This document shows, one piece after another, positions 17,681 through 27,201 of a stretch of 64,000 bases of DNA. Where the stretch lies: positions 96,001 through 160,000 of the IMG/VR virus record IMGVR_UViG_3300012953_000013; one strand, given 5' to 3'. The DNA comes from a virus. The notes beneath the pieces were generated by a model. It searched no databases and was not told the DNA's origin. It worked only from the letters and a program-made list of their open reading frames with translations. The stretch's first letter is position 1; the number at the start of each line of letters is the position of its first letter. Made by a program: the position numbers and the translations under genes.

Positions 17681-18634
17681 TTAGTTAAAAACTGACCTTG
17701 CGGTCATGAAAAATTTATCTGCATCAAAAACCCGGATGCCTTCTCTAATCATTATTCTCATAAAGCTAATCTTATCTAACTTGCGCTCAATAGTATCGAT
17801 TTTAAAATTTATTTTTTCAATTTGACTAGCAGATAGGTTGGCGATATCTAGATACATAAGCTTCCAGTTCATTAGCGGGATTCCACTATCAGCCACTATT
17901 TGGTGATAAATTTTCACCTTTGAGTCTTCAGACCGCTGGTGGCTGATCTTAATTATCTCTTCAACGCTAACAAATTCTTCTCCCGTTATTTCTGGAAAAC
18001 GTTTACACAGTGTGCGAAAACCCGCACCTTTTATACCTGGAAGACCGTCAGAACCATCTCCGCAAAAACATCTAGCAACGCAAAAGTTTTCTGGATATAT
18101 CCCAAATCTTTCCCTAACAGACTCTGTTGTCAATATTTTCTTTTGGCCAGGTGACCAAATTTTTACTCGATTTTTTTCTAAAAGTTGATAGTAGTCTTTA
18201 TCAGAAGAGACAATGGTTATATTTTCATTTTTAAGCTTGTACTTTGCTAAATAACCAATCACGTCATCTGCTTCGCAATCAGAAACATATATCTGAGGGA
18301 TCCCAGAAAGACCCAGCAGTTTAGTTGTTAAGTTAATCTGATAATTCCTATTGTTAACTGTATCAGGGATATCAGATTCATAAAATCTATTTAGCTTAAC
18401 AGGTCGCCGGCCCCTCTTGTAATTCTTGAATATATTTCTTCTTCTCAGCGAACCGCCGCCTTCCCAAATGACATATATTTTTTCTGGATGAAGATTATCT
18501 ATTAAAAGCTGAATGCCTTTTAGAAAGCCTATTGCACCGCCTATATGTTCACCATTATCGCTAGTAGAAGGGTTAGCTGCAAAATGCCTCATAAAAAAAT
18601 TGAGTGCATCGATTAATATGATTCCAGAAGTCAA
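17681..18634 (-). CDS. 5'-3' exonuclease/flap endonuclease (PolI N-domain / T4 RNase H-like)
   Basis: LIDALN, NYKRGR, CEADDVIG, SSDKDYYQL, GDGSDGLPGIKG. Confidence 0.92.
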   Translation of the reverse strand: MTSGIILIDALNFFMRHFAANPSTSDNGEHIGGAIGFLKGIQLLIDNLHPEKIYVIWEGGGSLRRRNIFKNYKRGRRPVKLNRFYESDIPDTVNNRNYQINLTTKLLGLSGIPQIYVSDCEADDVIGYLAKYKLKNENITIVSSDKDYYQLLEKNRVKIWSPGQKKILTTESVRERFGIYPENFCVARCFCGDGSDGLPGIKGAGFRTLCKRFPEITGEEFVSVEEIIKISHQRSEDSKVKIYHQIVADSGIPLMNWKLMYLDIANLSASQIEKINFKIDTIERKLDKISFMRIMIREGIRVFDADKFFMTARSVFN

Positions 18635-19816
18635 CTAGTCCTCCAAGTCAACGTCTAAATTCATTTCCATAGCAACAGACCTGACTTCTTCATATGACTC
18701 AACATCTACATCTAAATCTGAAGAATCAATGGTTTTTATCATTGCTGCCTCTAGTAAATCTTCGATGTAACAGTTGTGCTCTGAGCTCTGCCAAACTTCA
18801 TTAAAGTCCGCTTTGTAGAATTTTTTCTCTACTAAGACTTCTCCTGTGTTAGTATCTGTAACGGTTAATTTCTTCCAGGCTCCGGTACCCGAGATTTCAA
18901 TTTCTTTTCCATTCACTTGAGCTGGACCGTGTTTCCTCAACAAATCAAAAACTTGCTCGTGTTCATATACACCTTTACCAAAGTGAATTTCAAAATTCGC
19001 AGTCCTAAAAGGGGCTGACACTTTGTTTTTGATTGTTTTTGCTGAAACATTAATTCCTATAACTTCTTTATCTTTATCTTTAATTTGAGAACCAGCTCCA
19101 AGTTTAATTCTAACTGAAGAATGAAACGGAATGGCTTTACCGCCAGGAGTTGTTGTTGGGTCACCAAACATAACTCCAATTTTAGTTCGAATTTGGTTAA
19201 GAATTACAAAAAGAGTGTTGGTTTGGCCAATAACTCCAGTTATTTTTCTCATTCCCTTTGAAATAGCTCTTGCTTGAAGTCCTATAGAGTTTTGTTCATA
19301 GGTGCCATCAAGTTCTGCTTTCGGCGAAGAAGCTGCTACGGAATCCCAAATAATAGTTATAGGAACATCTTTCTCCATTGCCCTAGCTTTCATAATCGTG
19401 GACTCTGCAATCGATAGTACTTCTTCTGTACAATGAGTGTCAACATAAACAAATCTCTTACTTATATTGACGCCCAAAAGCCTGAGATTTTCTACGCTAG
19501 TAGCATTTTCGGTATCAATATAAACAACGATTCCGCCCATTTGCTGAGTTGTTCTTGCGATTTGAATAGCAAGGTGAGATTTACCAATAGAAGGAGGGCC
19601 GAATATTTCTACAATCCTTCCCTCTGGAAGTCCGCCATCTCTCCTATTTGAGACTATATAATCTAGCTGTCTTGAGCCTGTACTAATCCAACGCTTTACG
19701 TGGGTTGGAGATTCGTCATACTCAAGATTATAAGCAATTTTAGAACCGTGTTCTTTGTTGAGAGACTTGATCAGATCTGAAGTGAAGTCGTCTCCATCTT
19801 TAGTTTTTTTAGCCAT
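18635..19816 (-). CDS. recA: RecA/UvsX recombinase
   Basis: GPPSIGKS, YIDTENA, IWDSVAA, NQIRTKIGVMFGDPTTTPGGKAIPFHSSVRI. Confidence 0.95.
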   Translation of the reverse strand: MAKKTKDGDDFTSDLIKSLNKEHGSKIAYNLEYDESPTHVKRWISTGSRQLDYIVSNRRDGGLPEGRIVEIFGPPSIGKSHLAIQIARTTQQMGGIVVYIDTENATSVENLRLLGVNISKRFVYVDTHCTEEVLSIAESTIMKARAMEKDVPITIIWDSVAASSPKAELDGTYEQNSIGLQARAISKGMRKITGVIGQTNTLFVILNQIRTKIGVMFGDPTTTPGGKAIPFHSSVRIKLGAGSQIKDKDKEVIGINVSAKTIKNKVSAPFRTANFEIHFGKGVYEHEQVFDLLRKHGPAQVNGKEIEISGTGAWKKLTVTDTNTGEVLVEKKFYKADFNEVWQSSEHNCYIEDLLEAAMIKTIDSSDLDVDVESYEEVRSVAMEMNLDVDLED

Positions 19817-19834
19817 AAAAGACCTCCATGCTGA

Positions 19835-19863
19835 ATAATAAACTAATTTGACGACATGTTCAT
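19835..19863 (-). promoter_or_regulatory. early-type promoter for recA
   Basis: ATGAAC-N17-TATTAT; SD GGAGG. Confidence 0.6.
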
Positions 19864-19874
19864 GATTAAATACT

Positions 19875-19901
19875 AAAAAGGGGCACGTTTCCGTGCCCCT
19901 T
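19875..19901 (-). terminator. intrinsic terminator after ssb
   Basis: AAGGGGCACG-GAAA-CGUGCCCCUU followed by further U residues; GNRA loop. Confidence 0.88.
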
Positions 19902-19922
19902 AAAAGCTTTTAGAACAAATCT

Positions 19923-20729
19923 CTAGAAATCATCTTCCAAATCTGCAAACGCATCATCCAAACTCTGGTACTTTTGAGCTGCGTCTTCAGTTGAAGCACT
20001 GCTTGGAGTAGTTTTTACGTTTGTAGTTACATTTGGAGCTGAGCGGGAAGTGCCGGCACTATCGCTAGTGTCATCCTCTCCACCGATCCAGGCATTTACA
20101 ATCTTTTCTAGCTCATCATAAGACTTGCAGCTATACATATCGTCTAGATTAGGAATACTCTTAATCCAGCCATTTGCTTGCTTTTGGTCTTCAGCCAAGA
20201 GAGTAGCTTTTCCTCGAGGTCGAACATCCGTAACTGCATACATCCGGCCTGGTGGCTTGTTGCAAACAACCTTAATATCACGACCTGACGAGGGGTCAGT
20301 AATATCTCCATAGTCTTCATCAAGCATGATATTCAAAAGAGATTGATATACCATTTTTCCAAAAGACCAAAGCCTTACGCCCTTATCTTCTTCACCACGA
20401 ACAATTACAGCTGCATAAGCTCGCATCTTAGGATAAAGCTTCTTAGCTAGCTCATAGCTTTCCTTATTTCCATCCGAACGAAGCTCATTGATCAGCTCTT
20501 GAATGGGATCAGGATTACCAAACTGGTGGGGAGCCAAAAGTCCAGGGTTGTTTCCAATGTTATAATAGAACCAACGTTCCTTGAACGGTTGACCGTCGTT
20601 ATCGGGAAAAGCGATAATTCTTACTACGTGCTCTTCCCCTTCTTGCGGACGCCAGAGAGCATCTCGGCGGCTGTTATTTCCAGAAAGCTTATTAAGCTTT
20701 GCTCGAATTGCATTTAGATCTAGTGCCAT
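19923..20729 (-). CDS. gp32-like single-stranded DNA-binding protein
   Basis: MALDLNAIRAKL basic N-helix, VRIIAFP, WSFGKMVY, DYGDITDP..GRDI, acidic tail DDAFADLEDDF; SD GGAGG before ATG 20729. Confidence 0.85.
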   Translation of the reverse strand: MALDLNAIRAKLNKLSGNNSRRDALWRPQEGEEHVVRIIAFPDNDGQPFKERWFYYNIGNNPGLLAPHQFGNPDPIQELINELRSDGNKESYELAKKLYPKMRAYAAVIVRGEEDKGVRLWSFGKMVYQSLLNIMLDEDYGDITDPSSGRDIKVVCNKPPGRMYAVTDVRPRGKATLLAEDQKQANGWIKSIPNLDDMYSCKSYDELEKIVNAWIGGEDDTSDSAGTSRSAPNVTTNVKTTPSSASTEDAAQKYQSLDDAFADLEDDF

Positions 20730-20802
20730 TTTTTCCTCCAAATGTTTAATGTGCAATCTCTAAAAATCTAACTTTTAGTAATAGCCAAGTGGCTATATAA
20801 TG

Positions 20803-20831
20803 ATAATATCCACACCGTTGTGAATGTTCAA
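20803..20831 (-). promoter_or_regulatory. early-type promoter for ssb
   Basis: TTGAAC-N17-TATTAT. Confidence 0.65.
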
Positions 20832-20840
20832 ATCAAATGT

Positions 20841-21287
20841 TTAATTTCTTTGCAAAACTATGAGAGAAGAATAGGTGACTTCTTTTAGCTCTGTTCCGCA
20901 TATAATAGTCGATTTATCTGGTTTTCCCAGCTTATAAGAAATCTTATATACAATTCCGGTATGTTCAACAGCTGGATCTTCTCTATAGGAATCTCTAGTA
21001 TAAGAAAGGACTAAATCTCCAACTTGCGGAGACATTGGTTTAGACTCTGCTAAACTCTCTGCTGCCATATAAAGTTTATGACAAATACTTTTTGATACTA
21101 TGTAGTAGTTCGGTCTAGAATAAGAAGAACCAACAGAGTCTTCTACTATCAAATCTTTTTCACCGCTCACCACAACGCGACAAATAGAGACTCTATCTGC
21201 GTAGCTTCCCTCTTTTCCAATTTCACCGCCAAAAACAGCTACTAAATCACCTGGCTCAAAATTAATTTCTTCATTCATTCTAGACAT
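20841..21287 (-). CDS. hypothetical protein with two KOW/SH3-like repeats
   Basis: FEPGDLVAV and PQVGDLVLS open two similar beta-rich halves. Confidence 0.6.
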   Translation of the reverse strand: MSRMNEEINFEPGDLVAVFGGEIGKEGSYADRVSICRVVVSGEKDLIVEDSVGSSYSRPNYYIVSKSICHKLYMAAESLAESKPMSPQVGDLVLSYTRDSYREDPAVEHTGIVYKISYKLGKPDKSTIICGTELKEVTYSSLIVLQRN

Positions 21288-21574
21288 TTGGTTCTATAAG
21301 AGTAAATATAAAGCTGATTCACTTCACCAGCTAACGAACTTTCTCTATCTAACCAAACGCGTCTTTCGATCTGCCAGCTTTCTTCTGAAATTTTTCCTTC
21401 TGCGTAATCAGAAATAGTTATTTCAAAATCTTTTCTAGCAACGTCTCTAATATTTTGAATTCTTACAATATTTTCTAAAACTGGCATACACCTTGCTTGC
21501 AACTCTTCTTGAGATTCTCCAAGAGGACTACTACATGAAAGTAATACTAAAATTGCGAGCAAAAAATATTTCAC
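21275..21574 (-). CDS. predicted lipoprotein
   Basis: MKYFLLAILVLLSC is a classic signal peptidase II peptide with lipobox. Confidence 0.65.
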   Translation of the reverse strand: MKYFLLAILVLLSCSSPLGESQEELQARCMPVLENIVRIQNIRDVARKDFEITISDYAEGKISEESWQIERRVWLDRESSLAGEVNQLYIYSYRTKCLE

Positions 21575-21879
21575 TTATACCAATCCTCACCCGAGTCGTC
21601 TTTTTTCTTTTTCTTCTTTTTTTTAACCGGCTTTGCATCTCCAAAACTCGATCCAGCAACTTTTCCCCTTTGTTTAAGAGATGTTGGACTATTTGAAGCT
21701 CCAAGAGGGAGTGTATAACCAGCGATATTTGCAACAACGTTTTGTTCGTCATAACCTTCCTCCTCTCTTTCATCTTCATTCGATAAATCGGGTTCACCAA
21801 GCAAGTCTTCTTCTTTTTCTTTTTTTTCTTCTTTTATAATTTGAACTATAAAATTTCGAAGCAACTCTTCTAGTTTCAT
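21571..21879 (-). CDS. hypothetical protein, possible internal head protein
   Basis: MKLEELLRNFIVQIIKEE N-helix, acidic middle, poly-Lys tail; ATGA coupling to the upstream gene. Confidence 0.6.
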   Translation of the reverse strand: MKLEELLRNFIVQIIKEEKKEKEEDLLGEPDLSNEDEREEEGYDEQNVVANIAGYTLPLGASNSPTSLKQRGKVAGSSFGDAKPVKKKKKKKKDDSGEDWYK

Positions 21880-22139
21880 TTTAAGTCTCCACCGTCGAAC
21901 TTGTGCATTTCCCACCAGTCGGCGTCATAATCATTTTTGTATTGCCTGAGCTTATTGTTCATTTTTTTGCCATAATCAAAAGCCTCTTCAAGTCTTTTAG
22001 AAATTAATTCATAATTCTTTTCAGAGATTTCATTTTTCTTTCTCATTTTGTTGATGTGCCTATAAATCTCTCTGTGAACTTCGCATATTGTTCTAGAGAT
22101 CACTTTTCCTTTTTTTGGCTTGTGATTAATATTGCCCAT
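21876..22139 (-). CDS. hypothetical protein
   Basis: 87 aa basic ORF in operon context. Confidence 0.6.
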   Translation of the reverse strand: MGNINHKPKKGKVISRTICEVHREIYRHINKMRKKNEISEKNYELISKRLEEAFDYGKKMNNKLRQYKNDYDADWWEMHKFDGGDLK

Positions 22140-22149
22140 CTTCTTAAAC

Positions 22150-22647
22150 CTACTTTAAATAAACCACTACGTTATCGCCACTTCTTGTGACCTCAACGTC
22201 TTTTTTCCACTTAATTCCAAAAGCAGAAGTGGCTCCAATAAGGGTATATTCTACATATTTTTGGGCATCTCGAGGTTGGACTACTGATACTTTTACTGCT
22301 ACAGCTTCAACCGGGTTTCCATCTTTATCTTTGGCGGTGGGTTGGTTTGAAGGCACTGTAAAAACTTCACTCATCTCATCAGTTCCACCAGCAGCATCTT
22401 CTAGAAGTTTTTGGAGCATCTCTAGTTGAGATTTATTTTTATCTACAGCGCCAACTTTTAAATTACTCATAAGTTTCTTGGGGTCTTCTTTTGCAAGCGC
22501 CCCTGTTTCTGTAACACTAAATTTTAATCGGCCGCGGCCGACGCCAACTGATCTGATCTTGCCAGATTTTTCTTTTTTTTCTTGCCCTTGATCTTGTTCT
22601 GCAAGAATTTTTCTAATGTGGCTTCTAATATATTGTTCTGTATTCAT
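22150..22647 (-). CDS. hypothetical protein, possible internal head protein
   Basis: YIRSHIRKILAEQ N-helix; late-type ATATTTA at 22666-22672. Confidence 0.6.
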   Translation of the reverse strand: MNTEQYIRSHIRKILAEQDQGQEKKEKSGKIRSVGVGRGRLKFSVTETGALAKEDPKKLMSNLKVGAVDKNKSQLEMLQKLLEDAAGGTDEMSEVFTVPSNQPTAKDKDGNPVEAVAVKVSVVQPRDAQKYVEYTLIGATSAFGIKWKKDVEVTRSGDNVVVYLK

Positions 22648-22671
22648 TTCGTACCAACCATAATATAAATA

Positions 22672-23859
22672 TTAACTTAAAATCTGGAAATCAAGCGGAA
22701 ATTCGCCTAATCCTTCAATAAATATGCTTGAAGATATATTCTTGAAATCTTCTATGTCATCAGGGTGAATATCTACTAACATTGCATCATGAATAAAAAA
22801 TATTGGCCTCACTCTAGAGGGTGCTTTGTCTAAAATTTGTCCAAACCCTAAAAGTGCAACATCAACTCCAGTTGATTGAATGTAATTGTTATATAATAAG
22901 GAATCGCGCGCGGAAGAGGGTTTGATTGGCCGACCAAAAAAATTCTTAATCCTTCCAGTAGATTCATAATTTTTCTTTTGTTCTCTTACAACCATATCGT
23001 AGTTTAATATGCTCTTAGTTTTTTCTACTAGGCGTTTGATATTAACCCCTTCTGGCAAACCCTTTTTTAAAGTTGACTCTGAAGCTCCATAAACTGCGCA
23101 TAAAACCAACTTTTTCACTGCAGATCTAGAAACTGGTTTATCAAAAAGTTTTGAGCCTAATGATTCATAGATATCAGAGCCCAAATCCTTATCTGTTAAA
23201 AGCATAGCTGTTCTTGGTTCATGAGAAACAAAATCAACTTGGGCTATTTTTCCTCCAGGATAAGAAGACTTAAAGTATTTTCTTATAAGTTTTGGAGCTG
23301 TTAAAATTTGAGGCCCTTCTGTAATCGTCATTCTCCCAGTAAGAGTTTTAGTGACGCTATACTTGGGAAGCGATAAAAAATTGTCTCTTGAATTTGAAAT
23401 AAAGCCCTTAGCTACTGAAACATTTTTAATTTTTCCAGTCTTAATTCCCCTATTGATCGAATTACCGTCTGTCTGAGCTCTCTGAACCCTCTTGAGGGTT
23501 CTGTTACATTCCATAAAGGTATCCAAATAACCAGATTCTTGAATACACTCGAGGGCTATTCTGGATTGTTTGAAGGCTTCTTTAATTTCTTCTATCATTT
23601 TTTCTGGAGACTGAACTCCATCTATTGGTATGCTTGCTAGATCAGCACCCAAAATTTCGAATGTTTTCAATATTTTTGTAGAAATCAACTGAGGTTTTTC
23701 AAGAGACAAGAGTTCAAAAACTGGATCAATAGAACGGCAAGCATTAGAGTCTCCTAGACAATAGCTTTCTTCGTCAGATTCTCCCCATGAAAAACCGGTT
23801 CCAGAGCTGGTAAGAGACTTCTGTTTTAAAAATCTATTCTTGGGTATAGTAATCTTCAT
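22672..23859 (-). CDS. minimal family A DNA polymerase (palm/fingers, no exonuclease domains)
   Basis: TGRM, motif A VDFVSHEPR, motif B RSAVKKLVLCAVYG, NNYIQSTGVD, motif C IHDA. Confidence 0.82.
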   Translation of the reverse strand: MKITIPKNRFLKQKSLTSSGTGFSWGESDEESYCLGDSNACRSIDPVFELLSLEKPQLISTKILKTFEILGADLASIPIDGVQSPEKMIEEIKEAFKQSRIALECIQESGYLDTFMECNRTLKRVQRAQTDGNSINRGIKTGKIKNVSVAKGFISNSRDNFLSLPKYSVTKTLTGRMTITEGPQILTAPKLIRKYFKSSYPGGKIAQVDFVSHEPRTAMLLTDKDLGSDIYESLGSKLFDKPVSRSAVKKLVLCAVYGASESTLKKGLPEGVNIKRLVEKTKSILNYDMVVREQKKNYESTGRIKNFFGRPIKPSSARDSLLYNNYIQSTGVDVALLGFGQILDKAPSRVRPIFFIHDAMLVDIHPDDIEDFKNISSSIFIEGLGEFPLDFQILS

Positions 23860-23865
23860 AGAAGA

Positions 23866-23894
23866 ACTATATCAAAGTATTTGAATGTTTTCAA
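23866..23894 (-). promoter_or_regulatory. early-type promoter, likely leaderless transcript
   Basis: TTGAAA-N17-TATAGT only 6 nt before ATG 23859; no SD. Confidence 0.6.
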
Positions 23895-26893
23895 GAATCT
23901 GATGAAGTATTTGAAGTAGCTGCTGAAATTATAGCTTGAGCTCTTTCTGTTTGTGTTAGCATCGATTCATATTTACCAAAAGCATCAATTGGTATGAGCT
24001 TAAATTTGGTCATAAATTTTCCAGGTTCTATAGAGTGATCTAAACCTGAAATAGCATACACATTATCAACAGTAGTTCCAGTACCCATATCAATAAAAAA
24101 TTGTTGTCCATGATTTAAAATTGGGCATCCAAAGGATTCGCCACTTGCTTGCATGGGCATCATTCTTAAAGGAAGACCGCGATCTTGCTCTCCTGGAGTT
24201 CCGGAATCAGAAGTACTTCCACGCTGAGCTCGAAGCATGTGAATTGTGGTATCAGCAGAATTATGCATGGAGCCAACTGAGAGAGACGTTAATCCACAGT
24301 TTTGAGACCCATAAGTTATAGATGGCATATTAGACTTAATATAGTGTTTGAGAGCTGGAGAACCGCCTTTTATTCGATAAAAATCTGTTCCATCAATCGC
24401 CTCAAGAATTCCAGACTCTTTAAGCTTATTTTCAAATGTTGATCCTATTTCTGCCCAGTTAGAATCTTCTGAATTTTCATCTGCTGCTACTTGAGTTGCT
24501 GCAGCTCTGACAGCGCCCATCTCAGTATTTCTTAATGCTCCAAGAATATCGTGCAATCCCGAATACTTTGCTGCTGAGTCATCGAAAAAATGGAGTCTTA
24601 AAATAGTATCTTGAGGTCCAAAAGCATCTTCATCAGAAGTTTTTGCTTTTTTATGCGGAACACACTCGGGAATCATTCTAACTCGAGGCAACTTAAATGC
24701 AGTAGCCATCCCAGAACCTTGATAGGCTCTTTCTAAAACTCTATCTTTACCACTAGAAAGTTCACTAACATTATCTTCATTTGCAATTACTGCTTTTCCA
24801 TCTTCATCTCTAGTGAATAGGTTATTAAAGCCATAAGCTTTGCAAGCCATACTACTTAAAAAATACCTATTGACAAAACCCATGAAACTAGCAACGGAAA
24901 TCTGGACTTTCTCTTTTTGCCACTCTTCAAAAAGCTTTGGAAAACCCGTGTTTCCATTCATTTCTATTGGAAAACTAGCAATATTTTGGTTATACATGTA
25001 AGAAGCTTTATCGTTAAATGTATAGAATATCAATTGAACTTCATTAAACCTTTTAGTTTCCATCAGGGGAGCGCCTATAAACAAACTGGCCAACCTTCCA
25101 AAAGAGCACCAATTAGAATTATCTTTTACTCTTGATGGATGGTTAGGAATTCTAGAAGAAGTTGACGTTTTAGATTCTCCCCTTGGTTTTAAAAATGGAT
25201 CTCCCTGAGATTTTGCTATTCTTAATTTTCTTGTGATAGTTCCTGCAATTGTTGTCTGAATCTCGCTTGTAGAATCCACTGCAGCTTGAAGAGAGTCTGC
25301 AAGAGCTTCTGTATCTCCACCAGCATTATTAGCGCTTCTCATAAAAGCCTGAATTTCTTCAAATTTTTCACCAGAAAACATTGCGCCAGCATTTGTTGGG
25401 CTTAAGTTAGAAATTGTCGACATTCCAGTGACGTCTGCCATCTCTGGGCTGTCTCCCAAGACGCTTCTTCGCAATAAATTAATTGACTCTATTAAAGCTT
25501 CAAGGGCCTGATATTTTGTTGTTGCTTCTGGCGAAACTCCAACATCAGTAACATTTATTGAGCTGGCTCCTTTAGATACGCAGCTTAAAGAAATCTCTAC
25601 TTGACCATCATCTTTAAAAGTATATTTTGAGTTGTATACTCCGAATTTCTCTTTTACCCTCAGAGCATTAATAAACATACCATAAGGATTATTAATATTC
25701 CCATTGTTTCCAGGGGCGTCTGGATGGCTCCAGCCATACTCTATGAGAAGCTCTGTTTGACCAAAAGATGATGGTTTAACAAAAGCACCAATTTCGCCAA
25801 GCCTAGACCTATCATGAAGTACCAGCTTGATCTCTGCTGATTTGTGAGCCATCATTCCACGAGTAGGGGTAATTTTTATGCTTAATGAAGTCATTGTCAT
25901 AAAAGGGCGCATTTTATCTAAAACGGGCGCGCCTCTTGGTGAACCTGCTTGGCCTGGCCAAGGAACTTCTTGACCGCCGGAAGTTCGAGTTCTAGCACTT
26001 GCTTCTGTAAAAGCTGCAACTTCATCATAGCTAGAATAGTTTTCCCAGGAAGGGACTAAAGTTTGCGGTGAAGTGAAGATTTCCATTCCAGCTGAAGAAT
26101 ATTGGGCTGGTACTGCATCTGTGGGAGGAGCTGTACCGGCTGAAGCTGCTGCAGAATTGGCAGCAGCATTTTGGTTTGCTGCTGTCTCAGCAGCTGCAGC
26201 ATCTGCAGAAGCAGCTGCCGCGCTTTTGGCTTGAGCAATTATACTATCTGCTGAATCGACTGTAATTTTTGACATCCCGTTTAAGAATCTTAAATTGCTG
26301 ATTCCAGAATATTTCATATTCGCCCCTTCGCCAGTAACTTGGGGGCCAGGGGTTATAACCTCAACATCTACATAGGGAACAGCTCGAGACCATTCTAGTG
26401 TTGGTATCATATTCATAAATACTTCTACACCGCCAGTATCTCTTTGCCCAAAATTTAGCATAGCAGGAAGTATTTGAACGCAACAAAGACCGGGTTGAGC
26501 TTTGTTCGGAGCAGATGGATTAGATGCGGCACTTCCAATCTGATTGCCAAGCATATCATTCATTGTTATTCCAGAAAGAATACCTGTAGAATCAGACCCA
26601 ACGCCATTAGTCCCTATCATATAAAATGCTTTTTTAAGGGCTGATGAGTCTCCGCCAGCAGCGGCTTCTCCAATTTTTGTCAGTATTTCAGCTAAAAATA
26701 ACCCGCCATCTGTAAGACCTGTAACAACTTCAAAAGCTTTTGCATTCATGCTGAGGCCTGTAGTAGGGTCTTCTCCCTCTACTTGCCCCTCTTCCATTTG
26801 AAGCGCTTTTAAGAAAAAATCGTCTAAACTAGCAGCGTTACCGTATTTCTTGAGTTGCCTAATAGCTAAAGTAATATCATCAAAATTACTCAT
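23891..26893 (-). CDS. large baseplate hub-like protein
   Basis: Position after the LysM/wedge gene; LLIEYGWS and C-terminal VYAISGLDHSIEPGKFMTKFKL resemble gp27/late-control-D hub strands. Confidence 0.6.
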   Translation of the reverse strand: MSNFDDITLAIRQLKKYGNAASLDDFFLKALQMEEGQVEGEDPTTGLSMNAKAFEVVTGLTDGGLFLAEILTKIGEAAAGGDSSALKKAFYMIGTNGVGSDSTGILSGITMNDMLGNQIGSAASNPSAPNKAQPGLCCVQILPAMLNFGQRDTGGVEVFMNMIPTLEWSRAVPYVDVEVITPGPQVTGEGANMKYSGISNLRFLNGMSKITVDSADSIIAQAKSAAAASADAAAAETAANQNAAANSAAASAGTAPPTDAVPAQYSSAGMEIFTSPQTLVPSWENYSSYDEVAAFTEASARTRTSGGQEVPWPGQAGSPRGAPVLDKMRPFMTMTSLSIKITPTRGMMAHKSAEIKLVLHDRSRLGEIGAFVKPSSFGQTELLIEYGWSHPDAPGNNGNINNPYGMFINALRVKEKFGVYNSKYTFKDDGQVEISLSCVSKGASSINVTDVGVSPEATTKYQALEALIESINLLRRSVLGDSPEMADVTGMSTISNLSPTNAGAMFSGEKFEEIQAFMRSANNAGGDTEALADSLQAAVDSTSEIQTTIAGTITRKLRIAKSQGDPFLKPRGESKTSTSSRIPNHPSRVKDNSNWCSFGRLASLFIGAPLMETKRFNEVQLIFYTFNDKASYMYNQNIASFPIEMNGNTGFPKLFEEWQKEKVQISVASFMGFVNRYFLSSMACKAYGFNNLFTRDEDGKAVIANEDNVSELSSGKDRVLERAYQGSGMATAFKLPRVRMIPECVPHKKAKTSDEDAFGPQDTILRLHFFDDSAAKYSGLHDILGALRNTEMGAVRAAATQVAADENSEDSNWAEIGSTFENKLKESGILEAIDGTDFYRIKGGSPALKHYIKSNMPSITYGSQNCGLTSLSVGSMHNSADTTIHMLRAQRGSTSDSGTPGEQDRGLPLRMMPMQASGESFGCPILNHGQQFFIDMGTGTTVDNVYAISGLDHSIEPGKFMTKFKLIPIDAFGKYESMLTQTERAQAIISAATSNTSSDS

Positions 26894-26896
26894 GAT

Positions 26897-27196
26897 TTAC
26901 CCCACATATAGAGAAACCTGAGACAGATCTGTTGGTATTGTTAAAACTATTCCAGGCGGTACTTGTAAAGCCCAGCCAATTCCGCTAGCTGCCGCAATAA
27001 TCCACCAAAGTCCAGCATCACCATAAGTTTTTCCCGCTATAATGTCTAGACGTTCTCCAGCTTTAACCTGTCTTCTTTCAACAGTTAAAGATCCATTTTG
27101 CGCAGCAGAATAAAGAGCTATTCCAGCTCTTCCAGTTCCAACTGTAGAACCACCCTTTAGAACTGGCGATCTTGAGTATCTTCTTATTGCTGCCAT
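26897..27196 (-). CDS. LysM-type baseplate protein (gp53/tail X-like)
   Basis: VKAGERLDIIAGKTYGDAGLWWIIAAASGI. Confidence 0.8.
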   Translation of the reverse strand: MAAIRRYSRSPVLKGGSTVGTGRAGIALYSAAQNGSLTVERRQVKAGERLDIIAGKTYGDAGLWWIIAAASGIGWALQVPPGIVLTIPTDLSQVSLYVG

Positions 27197-27201
27197 GATT
27201 A

